A DNA stretch of 45,116 bases from an uncultured Candidatus Saccharibacteria bacterium (GCA_964534415.1 CAZHOL010000004.1:1-45116); one strand, 5' to 3'. Positions 19,896 through 27,326 are shown, counted from the stretch's first letter. Program-made: numbers and translations. Notes: generated by a model not told the origin, from the letters alone.

Positions 19896-19923
19896 TTGAC
19901 TTCCCAACTCAATTTGATATATT
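19896..19923 (+). promoter_or_regulatory. Strong sigma70-like promoter TTGACT-16-(TGa)TATATT with no downstream plus-strand gene
   Basis: TTGACTtcccaactcaattTGaTATATT read directly. The next plus-strand CDS is about 600 nt away, beyond an antisense gene. Confidence 0.55.
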
Positions 19924-19929
19924 TAAATT

Positions 19930-20018
19930 ACAAATGCCTTCGGGCCCGCTCATCGCACGGTGCAATGAGAGAAAAAGGAAAGCCGTCAAATCATATTTTT
20001 GATGGCTTTTCTAATTTT
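19930..20018 (+). ncRNA. Candidate small RNA (~85-90 nt), convergent with and overlapping the 3' end of mazF
   Basis: Bounded by the promoter at 19896-19923 and the terminator at 19981-20018. Contains a GCC-UUCG-GGC hairpin (19936-19945) and a CTCAT...ATGAG hairpin (19949-19969). Confidence 0.35.
19981..20018. terminator. Bidirectional intrinsic terminator containing the mazF stop codon
   Basis: AGCCGTCAAA-tcatatt-TTTGATGGCT, a 10-bp stem with one G-T pair, followed by TTTCTAATTTT on plus and TTCCTTTTT on minus. Confidence 0.65.
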
Positions 20019-20366
20019 ATTGAATATGTCTATATCTAATATTTCCACCCTTCCCAAAAAGCGCTTAGTATCAATTAATCGAATTTGCGAAATGATTGCA
20101 CTCGCGGGTTTTCCATCAACCATTCCGACTTGTATGTAATATGGATTCACTTTTGTAGAAGTTGTAAGCGGAACCACTAAACAAACCTGTCTGCTAAAAC
20201 CACGGAGAATTAAAACTGGCCTTTCGTGATTCTTACCTTTTCCATCTTCTTCAAATCCGATATTTACACCCAACCGACACCACCAAATTTCTCTGATTTT
20301 ATAGAAAACATTTATGCCGCTGTTAATGTCTTTCTTCGCAACATTCCATTCATCAAATTTTTTCAT
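19986..20366 (-). CDS. PemK/MazF-family toxin (endoribonuclease-like), no adjacent antitoxin ORF
   Basis: WWCRLGVNIGFEEDGKGKNHERPVLIL, CLVVPLTTS, SAIISQIRLIDTKR match the PemK/MazF fold. Start set at MKKFDEW, with TATAAT 6 nt upstream. Confidence 0.78.
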   Translation of the reverse strand: MKKFDEWNVAKKDINSGINVFYKIREIWWCRLGVNIGFEEDGKGKNHERPVLILRGFSRQVCLVVPLTTSTKVNPYYIQVGMVDGKPASAIISQIRLIDTKRFLGRVEILDIDIFNKIRKAIKNMI

Positions 20367-20529
20367 CTGTGCATTATATATGAAGCAGATAAAATCCTGA
20401 TAAAGATTCAAATTGCAACACATTGTTTGACGACCTACTCGTTTTCTGACAATATAACAATAGAAACCGAGCCCACCGATTTGCGCCGCAAATCCGCTCG
20501 AGTTCCTTCACTCAAAACTGAGGCCAGAT

Positions 20530-20985
20530 ATGAAAAATATATCCGATAGTGCTTTCAATGTGCTCATCATCACTTTTTCAGTAATCCTGTTCTTATTGAT
20601 CGTTATCTCGATAGCGTACCTTATTCGCAACCTGATTCGTGAATATTCACAATCCATAAAGTACATCTTGCTTGAGAAACGGCACACGACTTCACAATCT
20701 CTAGAGTGTCGTAGAATGCGCGAACTAAATAGACAGGTTGAACAATACGACAAAATAGTCAGAGCGCTAATGCTTCAATTCGACTGGCCGATGCCTATCG
20801 CCAAATCCGTCCTGATGTCTGGCAAGCATACAGACAAAGCGAACAGAAATTTCACCCTCTGCCAATACAAGGATGAAAACGGAGAAATGTGTTGGGCACT
20901 CAAACCTGTTGAAATGCGGGTAAATCAGCGACCCGAGATATCTCCACACCCCGCCGCAGGCAACTGCGGTGGGGTTTTATTTTAA
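20530..20985 (+). CDS. Hypothetical membrane-anchored protein
   Basis: 151 aa. GAGG 7 nt upstream of the ATG, one N-terminal TM helix, no recognisable domain. The 3' half is visibly GC-richer. Confidence 0.4.
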   Translation: MKNISDSAFNVLIITFSVILFLLIVISIAYLIRNLIREYSQSIKYILLEKRHTTSQSLECRRMRELNRQVEQYDKIVRALMLQFDWPMPIAKSVLMSGKHTDKANRNFTLCQYKDENGEMCWALKPVEMRVNQRPEISPHPAAGNCGGVLF

Positions 20986-21443
20986 TGTTTCAGATTTTTG
21001 GGGTATCTAGAAATCGCAAACCTCGCCAACGCCCGCACCTGTTCGAAGGTCGGCAAATCGGCGAGCTCGTCGGCGGAAAACCATTTCGCGCTGTGGAGCT
21101 CGTCGGCTTGGAGGCGGACAATTTGATTTTCGTCCAAGAGCTTTACATAGAAAAAGTAGCCGATGTGCGGGACGTCGAATCCTTCCCTTTCTAAATCGAT
21201 GTGAAAAGGCATCGGAATTGGCGTTGCATTGCTGTCACCAGCGAAAGCACTCTCATGAGCCGGCACAACTTCGACATCCAAATTCAACTCTTCCTTCCAC
21301 TCTCTGACGACGGCCTGATCCGGAGTTTCGTTTTCTTCGATATGCCCTCCGGGTGGAGTCCACTTGTTGAACTTTTTATGATGAGCCAAAAAGACCTTGC
21401 CGTCTTTGATTAGATAACCTGCGGAGAATGATTTGTAGGGCAT
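20982..21443 (-). CDS. NUDIX hydrolase
   Basis: Nudix box GGHIEENETPDQAVVREWKEELNL. 153 aa. Confidence 0.88.
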   Translation of the reverse strand: MPYKSFSAGYLIKDGKVFLAHHKKFNKWTPPGGHIEENETPDQAVVREWKEELNLDVEVVPAHESAFAGDSNATPIPMPFHIDLEREGFDVPHIGYFFYVKLLDENQIVRLQADELHSAKWFSADELADLPTFEQVRALARFAISRYPKNLKH

Positions 21444-21450
21444 GTGAGGA

Positions 21451-21816
21451 TTATATATTATTTATCAAACGTACACCAATCGCATAAATACCAAACTTCT
21501 TAATCCTGTCCTCGTAACCCTCCAAACTGTTATAACTTTTAATTCCACCCTCTAAATCAAGCCCGCTTGAAAGCACATTCTCTGTCCCTTCCGTTTCTAA
21601 CATCGCCCTAACATCTGCATATTTATGAACGAAAACGACTTCCACAATCATCTGTTCATTCGTAATATTGTTTATAAAGGTAATAGTGTCGCCCTGAGTC
21701 ATTTCGTCGAAGCGCTTGTCTAATTCATCATCTGGAGTGCGTCCTTCGACCTTTTTTGTACCAGCTAGAATTGCCTTGAATGGTCGATCGTTCAATTCTA
21801 AAGCATAATTTGTCAT
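21451..21816 (-). CDS. ASCH domain protein
   Basis: 121 aa. RPFKAILAGTKKVEGR near the N-terminus and the size fit the ASCH beta-barrel family. Confidence 0.7.
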   Translation of the reverse strand: MTNYALELNDRPFKAILAGTKKVEGRTPDDELDKRFDEMTQGDTITFINNITNEQMIVEVVFVHKYADVRAMLETEGTENVLSSGLDLEGGIKSYNSLEGYEDRIKKFGIYAIGVRLINNI

Positions 21817-22295
21817 CTAAAAATTGTATCAAAAATCCTCCCCGCCGTCTCCTCCGCCGTCATATCCGAATTATCAATGATTTCCCCGAATTTCGGCGAA
21901 GTGATGCCGATGCTGTAGTGATGTGTTATTCTGTCCTTCTCGGCCTCGTTCAATTCTCGTGTTCCCCTATTTGTTAAAGCTTTCTCCAATCGAGGCGCCA
22001 GTGTGAAGAAATACTTTTCGCAGTCGAGATCTTTTAATTGCGAATTCATGTACTCATAATTTTTCTGTGAGAGCGGATATGGGATGATGACATTCAGATT
22101 CCTTTTTGCAAAGTTTCTAATCGTCGAGACTGCGTTTTCCAAATTCAAGGGCACCGCTTGTTCAATCGGCATCCACTCGATCATTTCATGGAAAGCGTCA
22201 ATCTCCACCACCGCAGTATTAGGAATTCGACTCGCAAGAAGCTTTGCGATTGTGGATTTGCCTGCGTTGATTGAGCCGTTGAGGAAGAGGAGCAT
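21813..22295 (-). CDS. P-loop kinase-like protein (AAA_33 / TmrB-like)
   Basis: Walker A LNGSINAGKST at the N-terminus. 160 aa. Its stop overlaps the ASCH start (ATGA). Confidence 0.65.
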   Translation of the reverse strand: MLLFLNGSINAGKSTIAKLLASRIPNTAVVEIDAFHEMIEWMPIEQAVPLNLENAVSTIRNFAKRNLNVIIPYPLSQKNYEYMNSQLKDLDCEKYFFTLAPRLEKALTNRGTRELNEAEKDRITHHYSIGITSPKFGEIIDNSDMTAEETAGRIFDTIFR

Positions 22296-22386
22296 GTTCT
22301 TGATGAAGTTTTAGGTGGTTTTAATGAATATATCTATTTAAGTATTATTTAGATATCGTTTCTAAAATTTGTAGCGATCCAATATT

Positions 22387-22821
22387 CTAAAGATAATGTA
22401 ATGAATAATATAATAATGGAAATTCCAATAGCCAAGAGTATCCTGTTATAAAATAAATTAAATCTTTCGGCATAGTTCGGGTGTCATTTAGGGAAAGTCT
22501 TCCTCCATAACGAATCTCCCAAATTAAATCTGGAATTCTCATTATCATCATGACTATTGCTACTGCCATTACACCAATATTCCAATATCTATACAAGATA
22601 ATTAGAAAAAGCAAATTCAAAATTAACGCAAATATATTGATGAAAATATCAGTGCGCTTATTTTTAATAATCTCCCCTTTAACAAATTCACTGCCAGTTT
22701 TTTCTAAATCACTAATCGCTGTATCAGTAAAAAATCCTCTAACTAAAAATCCAATTAGATTTATACTTATATACAACATGGCGAAAAAATATATGGCTAT
22801 TATTACTATATTAACTAACAT
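22387..22821 (-). CDS. Small 4-TM membrane protein, unknown function
   Basis: 144 aa with four hydrophobic helices. Lies 27 nt downstream of the DUF262/HNH gene. Confidence 0.5.
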   Translation of the reverse strand: MLVNIVIIAIYFFAMLYISINLIGFLVRGFFTDTAISDLEKTGSEFVKGEIIKNKRTDIFINIFALILNLLFLIILYRYWNIGVMAVAIVMMIMRIPDLIWEIRYGGRLSLNDTRTMPKDLIYFITGYSWLLEFPLLYYSLHYL

Positions 22822-22848
22822 AATTTTTATTACTTTATAACCATTATA

Positions 22849-23952
22849 CTACACGCCCGACTTTCTCCTATTACACTCTTTGCAAAGCATTTGGCAATTT
22901 TCTGCAATACTACGTCCTCCGTCGTGCCAAGGATCAATATGATCCGCCTCCATTTCTGCAATAGTAAATTCTTTTTTACATTTTGGACAAATACCTTCCT
23001 GCTTTTCAAATGCCTCGCGCTTCATATTTGGAGTGAACGCGCGTATAGACAAATATCTTTCTTGCCGAGTTAAGACATACGGATAAATACCAGATTTCTT
23101 TGTGACATCTTCGTCTTGCATCAATTGCTTAATTTCTTTTTCTAATTTTTCCGAGCTTAGTTTTTTATCTTTAAATTCATTGTAAAGTTCGCCCCAATTC
23201 ACACTCGACATTTCTTTTCGATAATTTGGGAATACATTTCTAACCCAATGAATAACATCCTGAAAATATTTCCATAATTTCTCGGCATTTTTGTCGTGCT
23301 GGTGTTTCGCCATGTACTCCTCTATTTTCTCATTATTAATCCAAGACAAAGCAGTTTCCAAGTATTCCTGTCGAATTGGTGATCCTGTTAATAACTGCCC
23401 GCCGTCATTAGCCAAAAGATATGCCGCACAATTCGATTTACTAAATTTTAATTTAGCATCAGATAACCATGGGCCAGTATAAACCGCATTTCTTAATTCT
23501 TGATCAGTTAATTTTTCTCCCGCAATGTTAATAATTTTAAACCAATCAAGTTTCTCCTTATCATTTCCCTCACAAAAATAAATCATCAACTCATAATTTT
23601 TTATTTGATCCTGTTCCTCTTTCGTTAAATTATGAAACATTGCAATTCTTCCATTGAATTCAATTGAGAAATCACCATTTACGAATTGAGCGAGACTAAT
23701 AGTTCTTTGTTGACCGTCTAGCACCTCAAAATTTCCATCTTCTTTTTTCACCCAGTACATAACGTTTAGAGGAAAACCATTCTTTACAGTTCTAATTACT
23801 TCATCACGCTGTTTCCCACTATAAACGAATTCTCGCTGATATTTCGGACGAATATCTAATTTCCCGCCAAATGCAGATACACCTTCTTCGGCGCTGTCTT
23901 TGTAATCTTTTAAAACTTCGGACACTTTTATTTTGTGCAGGTCAATTTTCAT
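22849..23952 (-). CDS. DUF262 (ParB/GmrSD N-terminal-like) plus C-terminal HNH nuclease
   Basis: LDGQQRTIS (the DGQQR motif of DUF262). C-terminal CPKCKK...EADHIDPWHDGGRSIAENCQMLCKECNRRKSG (HNH with CxxC pairs). Confidence 0.85.
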   Translation of the reverse strand: MKIDLHKIKVSEVLKDYKDSAEEGVSAFGGKLDIRPKYQREFVYSGKQRDEVIRTVKNGFPLNVMYWVKKEDGNFEVLDGQQRTISLAQFVNGDFSIEFNGRIAMFHNLTKEEQDQIKNYELMIYFCEGNDKEKLDWFKIINIAGEKLTDQELRNAVYTGPWLSDAKLKFSKSNCAAYLLANDGGQLLTGSPIRQEYLETALSWINNEKIEEYMAKHQHDKNAEKLWKYFQDVIHWVRNVFPNYRKEMSSVNWGELYNEFKDKKLSSEKLEKEIKQLMQDEDVTKKSGIYPYVLTRQERYLSIRAFTPNMKREAFEKQEGICPKCKKEFTIAEMEADHIDPWHDGGRSIAENCQMLCKECNRRKSGV

Positions 23953-23953
23953 T

Positions 23954-25117
23954 TTATTTTGTGTTCAATGCCTCTGGTATAAACTTCTCTTCGATTAGCA
24001 CCTTAACCAGACTTCTGAGCAGGAAGTTTTCAGAAAAAGTAATTGAGTACGCTCGGCTTTTCTCATCTCCGATTGTTTTAATCATTTTAATATCTTTTAA
24101 CTTTTTTATCATTCTTGATCTCTTAATATTAGAATCCATGTTCTCTAGAATTGATAAATCACCAGCAGAGATAATCATATCCTCTTTTTTGATTATGACA
24201 GATAATGCGTCAAAAATATTTTTATCAATGTATTTCTTTTCCAACGCATCGCTCAAGACTTTCTTAAATAAGTCTGAAACATATTCCACATTACTAATTC
24301 TATCAATTTTACCTATTTCTTCTTTGAGTCCAGACAAAACGTAAGTACACCATTTGTTTGTGTCTCCATTATCTGCCTCTGAGAGCATTTGATAGTAGAT
24401 ATTTCTGTCATTACAGAATATCGCTGTTGGGTTCAATATATTACCCTTTTTAATATTGAAGCCGTATTTAATAAGCATCAAAAAAGTTAAGAGTCTAACA
24501 ACTCTTCCGTTACCATTATCGAATGGATGTATTACTGTAAAATAGTGGTGTGCGACAGCGACTCTCAATAAATGATTCTCCTTATCATCTGCTTCATTTA
24601 TAAATTTGTACAAACTCTCCATAAAATCATGGACTTGAAGATGATCTGGTGTTTTTATAATCGCACGAGAAATACTGACATTTTCTTTTCGATAATCACC
24701 CACAACTTTTGCACCTTCTCTATTTAGCCCATCCACCACGATTTTGTGAATCTCTAGCAATAAACCTTTATCTATTACCTTATCGTCAGTCATGAATTCA
24801 TTTATGAAACTGATCGCTTTGTTGATATTTAATATCTCTGCGAGACTTTCGTCCTTTTTTGGATTGGCGTCTTCAATAATCTTCTCAACAAATTCAGAAA
24901 TGGTTGTATGGTTTCCCTCGATTCGGGCAGAACCTATACTTTCAAGAAATTGAAAAACATTTTTAATTTCAAAAAACACGTGGGGTGGTGTAGTGCCACG
25001 TAATTCTCTCTTTCTTAATGCTTCGAGGTCGATGATTATATTTGCAAGCTCACTACCCCACTCTGGTTTGGGTACTTTTAAATCTATTTGTGATATATCT
25101 CTGAGTGTTTTTGACAT
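23954..25117 (-). CDS. Fic family protein (putative AMPylase) with an N-terminal inhibitory motif and a C-terminal wHTH-like tail
   Basis: Fic motif HPFDNGNGRVVR. SARIEGN matches the (S/T)xxxE(G/N) inhibitory helix. 387 aa. Confidence 0.9.
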   Translation of the reverse strand: MSKTLRDISQIDLKVPKPEWGSELANIIIDLEALRKRELRGTTPPHVFFEIKNVFQFLESIGSARIEGNHTTISEFVEKIIEDANPKKDESLAEILNINKAISFINEFMTDDKVIDKGLLLEIHKIVVDGLNREGAKVVGDYRKENVSISRAIIKTPDHLQVHDFMESLYKFINEADDKENHLLRVAVAHHYFTVIHPFDNGNGRVVRLLTFLMLIKYGFNIKKGNILNPTAIFCNDRNIYYQMLSEADNGDTNKWCTYVLSGLKEEIGKIDRISNVEYVSDLFKKVLSDALEKKYIDKNIFDALSVIIKKEDMIISAGDLSILENMDSNIKRSRMIKKLKDIKMIKTIGDEKSRAYSITFSENFLLRSLVKVLIEEKFIPEALNTK

Positions 25118-25255
25118 GTATCAATGCTACAACAAATAGCCTTTAAATACAAGATATTATTCTATAATAACTATATAATCATGTATCATTTTTCAAAACA
25201 ACAAATATCATTCTTTACGAGAAAATTAATACCTGCTATCCGATCCCGCCTCCAA

Positions 25256-26362
25256 TTATTTCTGTAGTTTTTTGCTTTTAATCAAGATACGAGTAAAAAG
25301 AGCCTTACCCAGCAATACTGGCCCAACATATTTCTTATGCTGCTCATCAACATATGTCGGCACTCCTTGTATAAAGGCGTCATCATTTTCCCTCTTATCA
25401 TCATATATTCCCAAAATTTCAAATTGATCTGGATTATATTTATCAAGAAAAGTTATAGGAACACCCATAATACCAGCATAGTCTTGCGGTATCTGGGTAA
25501 TTTTTGAAACCTCAATAGCGTTGTAATTATCGTATTTAATGTAATCTTTTGCCAAATATTTTTTATAAAAAATTAGCGGTTCGTGACGTTTTGAGATGTC
25601 GAGATTCGTAAACCAACAAGTATTGCCCATTTTTGCATATTTTTTACCATCTTCACCAATAATAATATTCTTTTGGTCATAGTTATCTGGGACTTGATAA
25701 GATTTGGCTCCATTATTATAACCAAGCCAGCATTTATTATTTTTTATTAATTTAAAGATAAAATTATATTTAATTGCATTTAAGCTACCGATAATTAGAA
25801 ACTTCTTATCATATTCTACTAACTGAGACACATATTCTCTAAACAAAGAAAACGGAGGATTTGTAACAACAATGTCAGCTTGTTTCAACAATTCAATACT
25901 TTCAGGACTTCTGAAATCTCCATCGCCTTCCATTGGCGACCATTCATTATTTTTATTAGCTTTCAACTGTTCTGCAATATCTCTCAAATCAAATGCGCCA
26001 TCTTTATCCAAATCTTTAACTTCATTAATAATAAATTTATTTGCGTTCATCTTTGGTCTTCCTTTTGTTTGTTTCAAAGTTTTATCATTTCCGAAAAGAC
26101 CGAGCTGTGTGTTAGCAATCGGAGATGGTTTGTAACTTGTTGCAATCAAACGTTTTAAACCAAGTGCATTAAAATTTGATGCGAAATATTTGAAAAAGTT
26201 GCTTTCGAAAGGGTCGTCGCAATTACAATAGACGACCTTGCCCTTAAACTGCTCTTTGTAATGCTTCATTTCCTTCTCAATATCAATTAACTGAGTATAG
26301 AACTCGTCTTTTTTGGCTTTATTGGCTTTATGTAGATTACTGTTCTTATTTTTCTCCGCCAT
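25256..26362 (-). CDS. N6-adenine DNA methyltransferase, EcoRI-methylase-like family
   Basis: KKDEFYTQ, VVYCNCDDP, VVTNPPFSLF (NPPF catalytic motif). Start set at MAEKNKN; the tracked upstream extension crosses a terminator hairpin. Confidence 0.83.
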   Translation of the reverse strand: MAEKNKNSNLHKANKAKKDEFYTQLIDIEKEMKHYKEQFKGKVVYCNCDDPFESNFFKYFASNFNALGLKRLIATSYKPSPIANTQLGLFGNDKTLKQTKGRPKMNANKFIINEVKDLDKDGAFDLRDIAEQLKANKNNEWSPMEGDGDFRSPESIELLKQADIVVTNPPFSLFREYVSQLVEYDKKFLIIGSLNAIKYNFIFKLIKNNKCWLGYNNGAKSYQVPDNYDQKNIIIGEDGKKYAKMGNTCWFTNLDISKRHEPLIFYKKYLAKDYIKYDNYNAIEVSKITQIPQDYAGIMGVPITFLDKYNPDQFEILGIYDDKRENDDAFIQGVPTYVDEQHKKYVGPVLLGKALFTRILIKSKKLQK

Positions 26363-26412
26363 ATAATTATCTTCAAGATACCACAAATATTGAAAAATTT
26401 GAAGGGTAGAAT

Positions 26413-26447
26413 ATAAAAGCGAACAGGACATACGAAATGTCCTGTTC
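26413..26447 (-). terminator. Intrinsic terminator downstream of the GC-rich segment and upstream of the methyltransferase
   Basis: GAACAGGACAT-ttcgt-ATGTCCTGTTC, a perfect 11-bp stem, followed by GCTTTTAT on the minus strand. Confidence 0.7.
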
Positions 26448-26557
26448 AGGTCTAGTGAAAATATTATATCACCTCTACTACACACGGCAAACCAGCAACA
26501 ACCTTAACCATAATCCACCATAGTTAAACTTCCCGCAGTAACTTTAACTATAAAAAC

Positions 26558-26836
26558 CTAAAACCCCCTCTCCTCCCCCCCCTCCTTCATCACCACAAAC
26601 TCTATCCCATGCCGCGCGAGCACTGTTTCGGGAGCTTTGTGGACGGCACCGATGCGGTCGGGTTGCAACATTCCGTCGTGAATTGGGAAAGCTTTCTGTG
26701 GATGAAGAAGAATTGCGTAACGAATCGCGTCGGCAATGCGACACCATGGGCCAGAGACAGGCAAAGCCAGGATCGGACCCATAAGAAAAGCCCGGGGTGT
26801 CGTTCCCGGGCTCAGACGCGATGTCCAAAGATTCAA
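26558..26836 (-). pseudogene. Remnant of an MBL-fold metallo-hydrolase gene (about the C-terminal 75-90 aa only)
   Basis: ILALPVSGPW...AILLHPQKAFPIHDGML...GIEFVVMKEGGE resembles the C-terminal end of UlaG-type MBL-fold hydrolases. There is no HxHxDH region upstream. Visibly GC-rich. Confidence 0.5.
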
Positions 26837-26854
26837 TTTTTTCGCGAGCTCTGG

Positions 26855-27148
26855 CTATTGAGCCCGCGCCAAACGATTGACGTAGACGCTCACATTTAAT
26901 GCGTTGAACGCAGCGAGAGCATCTTTGACTGCATTGGTAGCTGGATCCAATCTCTCCTGCATATCCCAATTGATGTGAATGACCTGACAAGGTTCACGAG
27001 TTTCTGAATCGAGGCATACACTTTCAACAACCCCAACTGCGGCGCGAATCTGATTTTGCTCAATCAACCTCGCGATCTCATTCTGAACGGCTCCTGCAAT
27101 ATTCGAATCGAAACCATACAATTGTATATGGAAAGATGACGTTTTCAT
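26855..27148 (-). CDS. Hypothetical 97-aa protein (GC-rich cassette G)
   Basis: ATG at 27148 preceded by GAAGGG 5 nt upstream. Extended -10 promoter at 27202-27210. No family recognised. Confidence 0.45.
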   Translation of the reverse strand: MKTSSFHIQLYGFDSNIAGAVQNEIARLIEQNQIRAAVGVVESVCLDSETREPCQVIHINWDMQERLDPATNAVKDALAAFNALNVSVYVNRLARAQ

Positions 27149-27201
27149 TCTTACCCTTCTTGTTTGATGTGATGGTATGTGGTGAACAAAGCTAGTCACA
27201 G

Positions 27202-27228
27202 ACTATAGCAAAATCACTCGACAGTCAA
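27202..27228 (-). promoter_or_regulatory. Promoter of cassette G (TTGACT-15-TGcTATAGT)
   Basis: Minus strand reads TTGACTgtcgagtgatttTGcTATAGT. Confidence 0.45.
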
Positions 27229-27255
27229 TTAGCCTTCATTAACCAAAAAATTTTG

Positions 27256-27326
27256 TTGCCCGACAGGGACTCGAACCCCAATTAACGGTTCCAGAAACCG
27301 TCGTCCTACCTTTAGACGATCGGGCA
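27256..27326 (-). tRNA. tRNA-Gln (anticodon CTG)
   Basis: Manual cloverleaf: acceptor TGCCCGA/TCGGGCA, anticodon arm ACGGT-TTCTGGA-ACCGT, T arm GGGG-TTCGAGT-CCCT. No encoded CCA. Confidence 0.92.

Noticed and set aside
20508-20753. The 81-aa minus-strand ORF as a possible MazE-type antitoxin for the mazF gene
   Set aside because: It is not adjacent to or coupled with mazF. It overlaps the plus-strand gene at 20530-20985, has no start signals, and its translation shows no AbrB or RHH-like pattern.
26363-26485. Upstream extension of the methyltransferase ORF, and a TGaTATAAT box at 26463-26471
   Set aside because: The extension crosses an 11-bp terminator hairpin, and family homology begins at MAEKNKN. 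The -10-like box is followed after 6 nt by ACT, not ATG, and by the terminator. No gene start can be supported there; it is possibly a relic.
26520-26551. AT-rich imperfect hairpin (ATAGTTAAAcTT...AAcTTTAACTAT) just downstream of the MBL remnant
   Set aside because: The stem is weak and AT-only with a mismatch, and it has no U-run in the right orientation. I cannot distinguish it from chance in AT-rich DNA.
26855-26857. In-frame TAG between cassette G and the MBL remnant, considered as programmed read-through or recoding of one gene
   Set aside because: The upstream 97 aa show none of the MBL N-terminal motifs (no HxHxDH). Sharing a frame has a one-in-three chance. RF-dependent standard decoding is supported elsewhere in the window. 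It is treated as two juxtaposed pieces.
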